From Oculina patagonica (lineage: Eukaryota), in the NCBI RefSeq assembly GCF_052425735.1, contig NC_135759.1:22878001-22942000 (forward strand): a stretch of 64,000 bases of DNA, read 5' to 3'. A program made the translations under genes and the position numbers. Under the pieces are notes generated by a model, which saw nothing but the letters and a program-made list of their open reading frames with translations, was not told the DNA's origin and did no database searches. Shown here piece by piece: positions 24,638 to 46,649 of the stretch (position 1 is its first letter; every line of letters starts with the position of its first letter).

Positions 24638-25972
24638 CTTTACAGCTGAAATGAAACTGAGCCGACTGTATCTGGAATCAGCGGTAGAAAATGGAGCCAG
24701 TAAGTGGGGTATGTAAAAATCACATATATTCGCGAAGGAACTACCTTTATAGATCCCAGACTCAGCTCAGTGTCGATCTGTGATCTGCACGCAGTTTACA
24801 AAAGAAAATTAACCTGCGACCAGGCGCTCTTTCACATGATAGACAGCACGGAAAAAATAGCACCTTATCGCAGGTTAAAAGAAAATCGGCAAACGAAGCG
24901 CGGCCGAGCGGTACCGCGGAGGAGCCTCTGCCGCCTTGTCGTGCCGTCAATTTTCTTTTTGCAATTGGGGGGAGACCGTCAAACCCCTTTGTGGTTGCGC
25001 CCCTCTCGGTTCTTAGCTCCTTACCCTACTTGATCTTGGCGTTTTCTTATTTTCTTATCGGTTGCCGTTTTACCTTATTGATTTATTGATTAATGAAATG
25101 AAAAAAGACTTTTTGAACGATAATGGTGCAAGTTTGCAAAAGTGAAATTCATCCCCCAACCTCCCTTGTGTTTTACTCCTATATAATGTGGTGTTCGCTG
25201 TATCAGAGCCCCTGATGCGGTACTGACCCTCGGAAAGAGAGAAAGAAGAAAACCTTTGCTCTGGCCGTAGGGTAGTAGGGTACAGTGGCTTGCGGTACAA
25301 ACAGGATTACAGTCTTCCTGGTAAAGTCTTGTTCAATTTACAAATTCAATAATGCGTTTTTTGCATAGCGATTACACTTGATCAAATCAAAGACTGTGAA
25401 ATAACTCGGAAGAACAGGATTGTCATTATTTTGTTCTTCTTTCAAGCCACTTCCGATCACGTTTCAGTGACAACGTAAAGTTACTACTGTCACGGTCACG
25501 TAGTACGACATGCCTTGCGTTACTCACCGTTATTCACGCATTTGTTTCCTTGTGACGCCCGATTGGTCAAAAAGTGGATAAATATTTTTAATAGACACAA
25601 TGGCTGTTTACTTTCAGCATTGTCTTAGACAATAGCAGCGACTGATTTGGTTGGTCGATGAATGCGTCATTGTAAATATATTAGGTTTTGCATTCTGTTC
25701 ATAATTCCCTCGGGAGGTAATCACTACATATTCTGCTGTCCTTTGGGAGTTGAACAGCTCACAAACTCTTGATGACAACAAAGAAACCTGCGACTTGTGA
25801 CCGCGACCCGCTTTGAAGCCAAAAGACCGGTAAACCAGCGAATAGAGAGTCAAATCGACTTTCTCTCGGACAGTAAAAAAGAACTCGCAGCGCTCTCGAG
25901 TGAAAATATTTGTCGAACACGGCACGACAACGCAAGACACATTTTAGCCGTTTTAAACTCACTTTTACATAA
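24638..25972. promoter_or_regulatory. Divergent SRP72/COE intergenic promoter region
   Basis: Start codons 1335 bp apart on opposite strands; CpG-rich; CCAAT (GATTGG 25561); EBF site TCCCTCGGGA at 25706-25715. Confidence 0.7.
25704..25717. promoter_or_regulatory. EBF/COE binding palindrome ATTCCCTCGGGAGG
   Basis: Exact TCCCNNGGGA consensus 258 bp upstream of the COE ATG; a one-mismatch site TCCTTTGGGA at 25739-25748. Confidence 0.6.
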
Positions 25973-34764
<8,792 letters not shown>

Positions 34765-37002
34765 GAAGAGCTTTGGGCAGCCACTCGAGTTAAATATGAG
34801 ATTAACACATTAATAATTGACTTTATTAAACCACAAAGTGAACGTTTGCATGGGAGAAGAGAGACAAATGTAGGGAAAGTAGACCTCCTGACTCACATAC
34901 AGCCGGGGTGTATACTGATGTTACCAAGTGGATTTCACTGCCGTGGTCAGCAAACAGTAATTATCTGACAGCAATGTAGTCTTTGTATTTACGCGGCGAC
35001 AGGAAAGAATTTTCTTGTTGTAACAAGTTTTTTTACCGCTCAGATGACGAAAGAGCTGGCAAAAATCTTGAAAACGGCGAATTGCTCTATAGTTTTGTCA
35101 AAACAGAACCTTCTTCGGTGGATCGAATTTCGTATAAAGTGGCCTACAGATTGATACTGGAATTTTCAGAATTTAACTGTTTTCACACAGGAGAAAGAAA
35201 TAATCTGCATTGTAATATATCATTATAATAGTCTTCGCTAGGTCTGAGAAAATGTTATTATAAGGCTAAGAAAGAGTGCAAGTACGCATTTTATTTTAAT
35301 CGCTGCACAGAAACGCGTTGTGAGTGCCCACTCTTTAGCTATACGAGTTTTCTACAAAATGCTTAATTCGGGGGTTGGATAATTTGATGTTTTTTTAATA
35401 ACAAAATATTTTTTCAGTTTCTTGTCTTCTTTTTTTGAATGAATTTATAAATAGTCAAACAATGCACAAATTAATGCCGTAATATTTTCTAAGAAGTTAA
35501 TATATTTTTGTATTATACATATTTTTCAAGCAATATTGAACAGTTGCAGATATTCTTGTGAAATTAGTAAGCAATTGTAATGATGCCAGAGTCGTAAGTT
35601 ATTTTTCTAGCAATGAATATGAGCTATTTTGGTAATACGGTTTAAACTAGAATAATTTTTTTCACATTTACTGTGAACAATATTTATTTTTTCTATAATT
35701 CGAAAAAGGATGTACAGTAAGAACTGGTTGGATTTCTTAAAACTCATTGCCAGGTAAACCGTGATTTTCGCTCAGATTTATCTGAATCAGTAGGTAGTAA
35801 CTCAACAAAATTGTGACTAGCACACAAGGAAGTGGTCGAGAACAGTATATTTATATAATGTTAGAATTTAACTATTTTAGAACTGTTTTCCATTTCTCTT
35901 TTACATCGGTTATTTCGCCTTGTCACGCAACACTCGTCTCGCTACCATGTTGGCGGAGCGGAAACGAATGTTGCGTGACGGCAGGAAATCTGCCTAATAT
36001 GACAGATTAAGGTACCACTCGGTGAAAGAGCACTAAACATCCATATGCCACTCATTTAGCTGCAACATTTTTCTCAGTGTTGCGTGAACAAATGAAGCAA
36101 CGAAAGGCCGGTCAAATTGGTCAAATTGTCACCATTTCTCAAATCTGGTACCTTAACAATCTGCGTCAAATTGAACATAGCATTTCTTTTATATACTTTA
36201 CGCTTCCACCATAAAAGAGACGCATTGATTCTGTTGCACTCTGTAATAGAGCTAAGCTCTGCACGTGGCTATACAGTTGTGAAAGAAAAAACACAAGCCT
36301 TTGGTTCTAAACACTAGTAAATTGACTTTTTACGAAATCGGTTGCAAAGAATCAAATCGTCTCAAAATGGAACACACGCCGGAAAGATCTAAACTCGCTG
36401 TAAATATATTTTGATGTGAACAATTTTTTATCAAACGGTGTGAAATTAAAACACTTTTTCAACAAATGTGGTGTGCTTGCCTAACTGTAGCCTCTTTTTC
36501 TGTCGCATTTCCGGGGCCAGCTTTTTCGCTCGCTCCTACTAATTTCCGAGAGGGTCAGTTTTTGTTAACCATCCCCCACCTCGTCCGGCCCTAATCCACC
36601 AGCATTCTTACTCTCGCCTCGGTCAAGAGAACGAAGTTAAGATTTGAGGTGATTCCCGGGATATCGTTTAGATACAAGCCAGCCCTGATATTCACAAGTT
36701 TTATTCATGAAAACCGTCGTCGCAAGCTTACTTTTCAAGATAAATTGTGTTTCCAGTTACAAATGCCCTCAAATGTATTAATTCTAATGATGCTTTTGAA
36801 TAATTGTTTTATCCCATTTTCGTTCCTTCGACTTGAGACAATATGCGTACTCCCCAGGCTTCAAAAATACGAAAAACTGGAAACTTTTTTATTGCATCGT
36901 GAATGGAACGTTTGATTATTTGCAGTGGCGGCGGGTCTTTGGGCAACCCCGTTTTTTCGACTTTTTTGTTTTTTTAAAGAAAATTGGTTTTTTAGGGGTT
37001 TT

Positions 37003-37049
<47 letters not shown>

Positions 37050-37599
37050 TTTAAAAATTTTGTTAAAGTACCCCACCCCACCCCATGCAAGTGCATGGAG
37101 ATGAAAGGTTATACTCCCCTCCCCAGTCGGTACAAACTAGCTACAAAGTAAAATTGCCTGTTTCAAGTGGTTGCTTCCAAGTTTGCTGTGATCTTACAGT
37201 GGAAATTTCCCTGAAAGCCTATTCAAACTTAAATGTTGGGTAGGAATAATGCTACCTCAGTAAGCCCTGAAAAAAAGAGGCCTAAATAAATGCGCCAATG
37301 AAAATTGAGAGGTATCACACGTGGGATAGACTTGTACGCGAAAAATCCGCGCGAATAAAGAGCCAATCATGGACTTGAAGAAGCCCACGTGGGATACATC
37401 AACGTCACTTGGTTGCGCACAGAAACTGCAGATAATCTGCGAATAAAAACGAAAAATGACTAAAATTGAGGTTATCAACCCAAAATTAAAAGACTTTAGT
37501 TTTGGTCTGTTTTAAATTCAAAAGAAAAATTTAAAAACTATTACTTTGCGAACACAATTTTTATTGTTGTTTACGCGAAGTGCAAACAGAGCTGGGAAG

Positions 37600-38800
37600 C
37601 CCTTGCAATGCAACGAGCCAATCAGATGTGAGCATTTAGCACGCGGGTTTCAGCTGAAATCCTGGCGCGGTTCGCGAAGTCTTCATTCAGCTTTTGACAA
37701 ACTAGAAGCAAGTCAAGAGTTTTGAGCTCCGGCCTCCGAAAAAAAACTTCGCAGTTTGCCTTCTTCGCCAGCTTATTTACCGAAAAAAAAAAACACTCAG
37801 CTACATTGGGAGGTTTACTGAAGAGTTATTTCAAAAGTGAGTTGGAAGGAGGTCAGTGTTATCTTTCTTTTTATCTGTAATTTTTGGCGAGTGTTGCTAA
37901 TGTTTCAATACTCAACATTAAGTCAAGGGAAATTTTGCCATTGTCCAAATGTTTTTATTTTCAGCCTTTTATAGAACAATTGTTTTTCCATTAATTTAAG
38001 TGTAATTCTTGTTTGCAGGAATTTTCAGTGGGAAATGAAGGAATTACGCTCCAAAAAATCCACTTCCGAGCAAAGCACGTGGACATGAAACGGTCACCAT
38101 GTTGACAACGCTCGCCGCGTTTCTTCTTCAAACCACGAAAGTATGCCTGAGGTAAGCCTTTTTCTTAATTTTCCAACTGAAAATAGTAATATTAATTTAA
38201 AAAAAGTCCAGAAAGAGAAAGCCGTTTCTTTTTTTTTCATTTATTAGTGTTTTGTAAATTTTTTCAAGGCTTCGTCGGTTTTTTCTCTTCAATGAAAGGC
38301 AAGGAATGATACACGTTCAACGTCGAAGACGACTTCACAAGGAGATTTTGGCAATGTAAAATGTAATGTAGTTCCCATAAAGTTCAGTTCGGTTCTCGTC
38401 AAAGGTTTTTTTTCGGGATTAATTTTTACGCAAAGTTAGCGAAACACTGAGGTAACAAATTTGGCGGGAAAAAGTTGTAGGAAAGTTTTTTAGTGAGCAG
38501 AAAGACTCTTTCAGGGCAACAATTTCCATCGAAAATCGCTTAAAATAAACCACAACAAAACGATTTTTTTGGTCTTGACATATTACTTTTATTATTATAT
38601 ATTTGCGTTTTGAATCGGCGACTTAAGTTTGAATCCGGTGTCAAGTGATTTTCGTAAAATTTTATCTTTTAGATTACACAATGTATACACGTACACAGTC
38701 TGCAAAAGATATCTGGCCAAAAATTTGGCAGCTCAAATTTGATAGAGAGAGAAATGCGCGTCGAACGCAACGCTGTTAATTTTTTTATGCATTTATGTAA
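37600..38800 (+). ncRNA. Promoter-like region followed by small spliced exons without a long ORF (lncRNA, micropeptide gene or TE-borne gene)
   Basis: CCAAT at ~37618, donors GTGAGT 37837 and GTCAGT 37852, exon 38019-38151 (TTTGCAG|...|GTAAGC), acceptor 38268, E2F site TTTGGCGGGAAA at ~38460. Confidence 0.3.
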
Positions 38801-39405
38801 GTTTTTTTCGCGCACTTGCACGCCAGAATTTACGGAAATCATTTGCCCTCGGATTCAAATATATTCGCGCCATTATTGTTCTGTTTAAAAGATAGCGGAC
38901 ATTTTTATCATTACTTAAAAAGTTTAGTAACAAAATAACGGCGCAATAGATAAGTAATATTATTCAAAAAAACGAGTTAAACTGGGCCGGGTTCCTCGAA
39001 AGCAGATTAACATTGGTCCAAGATTAAAATGTGATTGACGTTTTAATTTCTCTTACAAGTATAAAAGTGTTTTTCATTGCTGATGTTTTGAGGAGTTTGA
39101 GAATACTTGACATCAAAACTGGAGGACAAAATATATAAACAGAAAAGCGAACTGAAAAGTTAAAACTGAAATTGAAATTCACAATAATCGAACCTGTTGT
39201 ACTGTTTATAAAAAACAAAAAAAACTTTGCCTAATTTCTGGTGTGTTCCGTGACAAACTTAAATATTCAAAATTTTAATTGCATCAAGTGGATTGTTATT
39301 GACTCTGTCAACTTTATAGCTAATATAATTAAGGGTGTTTTGATAATAATTAGGCCTTCATATATTATATTATACTTCCATTATCATAATGACTTTGTAG
39401 GAAGT

Positions 39406-39857
39406 CCCAGGGGGGGTACTCAGGATTTCAAGAGACAGGGATGATCAAAGGATTTTTTTGAGTTTGAAATTTTCGATTCCGGGATTTTTTTGGGTAGGAA
39501 AATATGACAAAGATTTTTTGGGTGGCTTGATCTAAGTAGAGATTTTTGGGGTATTAAAAATAATCTAAAGATTCGTGGTAGTGCCTTGGTCGCATAGTTC
39601 TGCGAATAAAAATACAAACACTGAAAGTGTTTCTTATTAATGTTTTTCTTTGTGTTATATCTTCAGATGATACCCCCTTTCTGAAAAAAAATAATGGGTC
39701 AGAAATTTTGCATGGGATTTTTTGGGGGGGTTGTTTTTTGGTCCAGGGATTTTTTGGGGTTTTGTTGGAAGCCCTAGGGATTTTTTTGGGTCTTGATTTT
39801 CGCCCCCATTCGATCATCCCCATCACTTGAAATCCCGAGTACCCCCCCCCCCCCGGG
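39406..39857 (+). mobile_element. MITE, second copy of the 30184 family
   Basis: CCCAGGGGGGGTACTC ... GAGTACCCCCCCCCCCCGGG TIRs. Confidence 0.75.
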
Positions 39858-41639
39858 TAAAAAAGTTAATTATGCTTTTAAATAACATTGTTTTTTATAT
39901 CTTCAGTTGCCCTCCATTTACTGTGCACCAGTCCTTCTCCAATCAGCATGCCACAGTCCATCTGTACTGTCCAACCTTCTCCGTCAACCAAGGATCCCGA
40001 TCAGCCATTCAGCCAGACTAAGCCATCAGTTTGCTCAGCTTTGCTCAAGGAAGATAGGACTCTGATGAAAGATCAAGATGGCGGTTGGTTAAATAAATTG
40101 TGGGCTGGGAGAGGAGGGTAAATAGCTAGAGCTCTGGATGAACCTTACAAAGCATACAAGCACACACTTTCGGCCAGAAGTCAGTGTACTTCTGATTCGG
40201 CTTTACTTAATGTAGTTAATCTAATTAGGTTTACTAATGGGCCCCTAGGGTTGGTGTGGTTCCTCCCTCTTGCCTTTTTAATTTGGGTTTCTTTGCAGGT
40301 GTTTTTCGGCCAGCGATAGGAGTTCGGCTTTGTTTCAGCATCATTTCACTTCGGCATTCCGGCTTTATTTCGACTTTACTTGGCTTCATATCTTCACTCC
40401 AGCTTCATTTAGATTCAACTCTGGCTTCACGTCGACTTCGTGTTGGAGACCGTTCTTGCTGCTTTTCGATTCCCTGCTTAGTTGGCGCCTAGGTCAATTC
40501 ACATTACTATTACATTTCACTTAACAGTCTACATACTGATAAGTGAAATTCTCTCAGTAAGGTTCAGCCAGACGTTACATTAAAACTTATAACTTAGGAA
40601 ACAAGAAGCTCAAGGCCATTCAACTGTTGGAAGGAGACCAGTTTTGGCAACCCCTTCCAGGTTTAATGGTTTTTTCTTGTTACAGAGAGTTCAGGTAGTT
40701 AGTTCAGGAAAAGCATAGATCAGTTCCCAGGACTCTAAGTACTCACCCTAGTGCCTTTTATTTTTGCGAGGTTTAGAATTCATGAAAAAATTTATAGGCC
40801 AATTTTTTGCATTATGGATGATTCATGCAGGTTTAACTTACATTTTCGTCCTTTAAAGATAAATTTTCAATAGTCATGGACAACTTTGGAAATTAACAAA
40901 AAAAAGAGAACCTTACCAAAATTAAAAGGCACTATAGGCATGGGATTATGGGACAATGCACACACCTCAGTTTTGATTGGTTATGTAGGTAGCCTTCAAC
41001 ACCAACTGATGAGGATCATCAAACCAACCTGAGGATTGGTTGAACCAACCATGAGGATAGGTAGTCAGGTAGTTAGCAAAGATAGTTCAGAAGTGATAAG
41101 TAGTGGGGAGGGTTTTCTCACTATGGCAGTGCTGACATTTAGACATGTATGTGTGTCTCCTTGTCAATGTTGCCTTGTGGGAGGAATCTCCTCAAAGGAG
41201 ACCAACAATGTTCATTGTGGGTCTTCATAGCTTAGACTGTCTACAAATCGTAGGCATAGGTAGACTTCTCATCAGCAACCTATGGAACTGGCCAAGTAAA
41301 CACAAGACTGGTGGCGGCCAGAAGACTGGAATACCTCTGGTACTGCACTGGAGCAAAACCAACAAATCACAGAAGAAGATCAGCACCTGATAAGGCAGTT
41401 AGCGTAGTTAGTGGTTAGTGTAAGCAGTTAGGAAGCTGCCAATGCGGTGATGAAAGAAGGTGAATCCAGGACCTGGAGCAGAAGATGATCACCAAACAAT
41501 AGGTTGTTTACATTAGGACATCATTTGACTACAACAACCAGAATTTAGTTTATTAGGAAGATAAGAGTGCTAGTAGGTAATGTAGGTAGATAGGCAGTTT
41601 AAAGAGTAGAAATATTCAGCAGAGAGCAAACAGGACCTG

Positions 41640-42190
41640 ACTGACCTTGGAATGAGAAAGTGGAATGCCTGCACAAGAGTGACACAAGACAACGGATGGC
41701 AAAATATCATGCTGGCCTTGTACACCTGGGGTACGAATGTTTTGACAAGCATTACTATTGATCGAAGCTTCAAGACTTGCTTGACTCCTGCCTGTTTACT
41801 CCACGGTGGAGCATATGCTTCTGCAGACAACACATACAACTGAAGCAAACAAGACAGACAATGTACTTCATATGAAGAAAACACTAAGATTACACACCCA
41901 TGCCTGACACATGATATCACCATTGTCCTCTTTCTCATCACCATTATCATGAATCCTTTAGCACTAAATGGCTTATAGAAACAGCCAAGGTCTCTCCATT
42001 CCTGATGGTCCTATACAGGCTACGATTAGGAAGATATGAGTAGACCAGCCAGGTAGATAGAGGGTAAATTGCATAAAACTTCAACAGAGAACAAACCGGA
42101 TAGCCGTGGATGGAGGAAGACACGTAGTGGAACACCTAAAAATGACAAAGGATCATGCTGGCCTTGTGCTCCTGGGATACAAAAGCTACA
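41640..42190 (+). mobile_element. Two decayed RTE-type LINE 3' end fragments
   Basis: WNACTRVTQDNGWQNIMLALYTWG resembles the RTE C-terminus (W..AQDR..WR..V.AL); TCATGCTGGCCTTGT occurs in both fragments. Confidence 0.35.
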
Positions 42191-44134
42191 TGTCATTACT
42201 GTCATCGCTGATCCTAACTGGATAGATGACAAATGGTGCACAGGGAAACAACTAGGTCTGACTCCATTCTTGTAGGTCCAATGCAAGCCATGAGGCTTGC
42301 TCCCATGACTTAAGGCTTACAGTCAGATTAAAGTTCTGCCTCCCCAGTTAACTCTCCATCTGACCCTAGATCCCAGCACTACATGAACCTGGGCGGCATC
42401 TTTTCATGCTACCCTCTAGTAACCATTTGTATTGAGAGCTACTTTGGAAATCAGCTTCTATGTGGAACATGTCCAGTGGAATGTGGTAATTGACAAAATT
42501 GATTAAGTCCTCTCTGCCTTCCATTATACCATTCAACTAATTATGTCTGTTCATTTGAAGACATCTTGTGTTCCTTCTGATTCTTTTCTCAATCTTGGTA
42601 CTTCTTCTGCAGTATTTCATCACCTATGGACAGAAACCTCACAATGATTAACAGAAGATATCTGCCTTTTAAGGATAACAAAGTGAACCACCAAACATTC
42701 TTGCTGCCAGTCTGTGTCTTCCAAGTTCCAGTCAGTTGGTGTCCATTCTTCACCCCAAACTTAACACTCCTCTTGCTCTTCCCAGTTGTCAGTCACACTT
42801 TGCTTGTCACTAAGAGGTGTCTGTGCTTTCTCCTAACAACCACATATTTGTATTGTGATCCTGTAGACTGCACCTTACTCTTTAAAGATGAGTGATCAAT
42901 CCAAGAGTCATTCCACAGAGGATCAACACCTTAGAACTGATGACAGAAGTTTGTTAACAAGAAGATTTGATTACATCTGAATGTCACTATTGCTGAAACT
43001 ACATTGACTGCACCTTTCCAAGAGTCTTTCATTACCTGTGGCTTGCTTTGCTGTAGCACTTCACCAACAGCTAAAGAAAAACACCTTACAATTTCTAGAG
43101 AAGAGCTGGTGGCTTTACACACGCTAGGATGACTTAACAGAAAATTCAATTTGCTTCATGAGGATAACAAAGTGATACCCTGCAGTTGGCTTGGCTCAGA
43201 CTGACATTACTGATCATGAGTGGTGTTCCTGCGGTGTACTTCATCTTCAACACTATAGATGCTTCAGGATGGCATTTCAGAAAACTTTGCTTCATAAGGA
43301 TAACAATGTGATACCATACAGGCCGGTTGTTTGAGCCAGCTAAGCACATGTGGTTGACATTACTGAATGGCTAACATTACCTGCTTGCTTCAAATTAGTC
43401 TGGAGAACTATACACCAATGCCTTGGAAGGTGACATACTCCATGATGACTTCACAGATGATTTTGCCAATCACAAGGATACCAAAATGATACCCAGCCAG
43501 CTGATGTGGTCAGCTTGTGTGGCTTTCTTGAAAATCAATAAATTCTTCTCACTACAACACTTCAGTGGGTCACACATTCAAATTGTCCTGGTCCAGGTTC
43601 CTTCCAAGATATCAATTTATTCTTCTATGGTGGTCAGTGATAATGTCAATACCTTCTTCAGCATATCATATATCAGCTGGTTCCTCTGCAGCCATCTTTT
43701 TGAGGAAGCTTCTAAAGCCTTTCCCTACATTCTTCCTGATCCTTCTCAGTTGTTAGTAACACACAGCTAGTGCTTGCCACTAATAGGTGTCTGTGCTATC
43801 TACTGACATCCACAAATTTTTCATCAGGATCCTATGGGCTATCAGGCTTGCTCCAAATGTTTGACAGTAACCTCTGTCACTGACAAAAGGTTTCCAACAA
43901 ATCTTAACCCATCATAGGGTTACCCCAACATAAAATTTGCTGGTACCCATTTATACATCTAGATTGAGGGAGGACTAAGAGAGTAAAGTGTCTTGCCAAA
44001 GAACACAACACAATGACCCCAGACAGGGTTCAAACCATTTGGAATGGAGTAAGGCATTATCATAGTGAGGCAGAAAGTAAAGAAAAGCTTACATAGGAGC
44101 CTGGAACATGTTTCTTTTTCTATTCTGAACCAAG

Positions 44135-46075
44135 AAACTCCAACATCCTCTGGCCGCTTGAAGACACCTAGATCCTCAAGGTGATCAAACTTTTCTTGAA
44201 GTTCCACAAGCCTGTTTCGGGCTTTCTGTGGTAACCGTTCCTTTTGTTGCAAGGGTTTGACGGGGCTCAAATGGTCCCGCGGCACCATTGTACCCTTTGA
44301 TTTGGGGGTAGAAGACCTAATCTTATTCATCATGGGGTTTCTAGAATATGGATCTGATGTCTTGTGTGAGAGAGTTCCCCAGATCAAGGCCCATGTTGGA
44401 GTGTTGTGCCTAGGGTTAACAGGTAGTTAAAGGCGTGGCTTGCATGAGATAGATGTGGTGGTTGTGGCAACAATCAGGTGAGAAAACAGGACACACTTGG
44501 CAAAATGGCAGATGACAAGTTTGGAATTCATATTTCGCCTTCTATGCTTGAAGCAATGCTGGGTGGTGGCTGTAGTTGGGAGGCTGTCAGCCTTTGCACA
44601 CAAGGGGCATTGCAACAAGGTTCAAGGGCATAATCACAGAATCAATCAAACTCAGTTCAATGAACTCGCCAGGGCAAATGGTGGTAGAGGTAAGAGGCTA
44701 AGAGGGGCGCAGAGAACTATTAATAAATTGATGGGCAGCTGCGCTGATGGCTGAAGGGGACTGCGATCCATAAACATACGTGGTGCCATCACTGAGGAAC
44801 ACCTGATGTTTGCCTGGATGGTCAAAAATGACATTGGTCTCCATAAAAGGCATTCCTGCCAGGGTGACTGGCAGGTTGACTGTAGGGTAGGATGACTGGC
44901 AGGTCTGTATCAAAGGGGTGTTGGTTCTGGATCACAAGTAAGGCTACTACCCTTGTCATTAAATTCGCTATCATCTGCATACGGCATCATTTCGCTACTA
45001 TCTTCAAGGTGTTCGTCAAAGATTTTAGCAATCTGTCTTGCTTTTGCGATATATTTACGATTTTTCTCTGGCACATTTTCCTCTGATTGGAGTCGGGATG
45101 TGCTGCCTGTTTGCAAAAATGTAAATGTAATTTATTTACTCACGTGACAGGGAAAAGCTCAGGAGTTTGTTAAGATGGTACATGCATCCTTGGTCGAAGT
45201 GGAATTTGGAGTGTTGATTCCTGTTGAGGGAGGAAAACTGAAGAACCCTAATAGAAGACCTCAGAGCAAGGACGAGAACCAACAACAAACTCAACCCACA
45301 TATGGCACTGGGCCGGAATCAAACCCGAGCCACATTGGTGGGAGGCGAGCACTCTCACCACTGCACCACCCCTGCTACTCAACTCCCCCAAAGTGGACAG
45401 GACTTTGGTTGACAAGCAGATCATATTCCCCTTATAGGTGGAGCCTCGACAGGAGAGGTTTTGTGGAAGGTTTTGGTTGCAGTATGCATACACTCATCAT
45501 CAAACGCTGTGATCTCATCAAGTAAGGAATTTAAGGAATTTGAATTTGAGGGAAGAAAACTGAAGAACCCTAAAAAAAGATCTCAGAGCAAGGACAAAAA
45601 CCAACAACAAAATCAACCCACATATGGCACTGGGCCGGAATCAAACCCGAGCCACATTGGTGGGAGACGAGCGCTCTCACCACTGCGCCACCCCTGCTAC
45701 TTAACTCCCCCAAAGTGGACTTTGGTCGACGAGCAGATCATATCCCCTTTTAGGTGGAGCCTTGACAGGAGAGGTTTTGTGGAAGGTTTTGGTTGCAGTA
45801 TGCAGACACGCATCATCAAACGCTCTGATCTCATCAAGTAAGGAATTTAAGGCTTGACAAACCTCTGGCTCTATCAATGCTAATATCCTCAATCGTAGCT
45901 CGGTGTGAGAACAATGAAATTTTCTAATGATGGGGTTAATTCCTCATCTTCCGTTATCAGGTCGCCATGGTGGGATAAGCTGTTAGCTTTGAGCACTATA
46001 TCGTCTACAAAGGCCATCAATCTTTGGTAAAGATCTTCAGGTCTTTTGTTGGGTTAATATCTCTGCAGCCATCTC
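44135..46075 (-). mobile_element. Degenerate, internally deleted Gypsy LTR retrotransposon (gag to start of RT)
   Basis: gag-like [51 protein letters not shown] (46070-45800); RKYIAKARQIA; LSDGTTYVYGS; GEI*IPNLS..FCQVCPVF; RT start LPQKARNRLVELQEKFDHLEDLGVFKRPEDVGVS; many stops and frameshifts. Confidence 0.75.
45225..45852. repeat. Tandem duplication (~320-bp unit x2) of a tRNA-SINE head (- strand) plus Gypsy gag segment
   Basis: Units start TGAGGGA.GAAAACTGAAGAACCCTAA at 45225 and 45547; the SINE on minus reads GGTGG(C/T)GCAGTGGTGAGAG.GCTCG.CTCCCACCAATGTGGCTCGGGTTTGATTCC. Confidence 0.85.
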
Positions 46076-46649
46076 AGTGAGTCACACATCATGCAAGTTG
46101 TTTATAAAACCTTTTCCTTTGTAAGTCTGTGTTGGGCCAGGGCGTCCCTATTTGCCACAGCTTATCACACAGTCTTTGTAGCATTAGCGACTATGAAAAC
46201 ATCAGCTACTCCTTCTGGCACTGTGAGAATAAACTGTCTTTGCTCAAACTGGAATCTAGCACATTAGGATACCCTATTTTGCAAGTGGATCAAATATCAG
46301 CTGACTCCTCCACAGTCTCCTAGCTAAAGACCTCTCAAACATTTTTTGTCCAACATACTTCCTGTTGCTTTTTTCACTGCAGTTGTCAGTATAAGGCGCC
46401 TGTGCCTTGTGTCTATACCTACAAATTTGCCTTGCGATGCTGTGGCTTACTCCTAATTTCTGGAAGTAGCCTCTGTCTATACTTGTAAGGTTCCATCTGT
46501 GCCCACTTTTAAAAACATGGAAGATACTGTGGGGAGCTTACAATTTCTCTTAATGACAAGCGACAGCTTTTTCAACCGAGGATGTTTACTGGATAACTTA
46601 TTAAGTCACTTTGCAAGAAGCTTTGCCTGGATGAACCTTAATGTAACAA

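Noticed and set aside
41003-41025. Hammerhead-like CTGATGAGGATCATCAAAC
   Set aside because: Lacks the GAAA core and the flanking stems
44427-44618. CPLC..H zinc-knuckle-like ORF
   Set aside because: Other frames (IPNLS, FCQVCPVF) fit the Gypsy polyprotein order better
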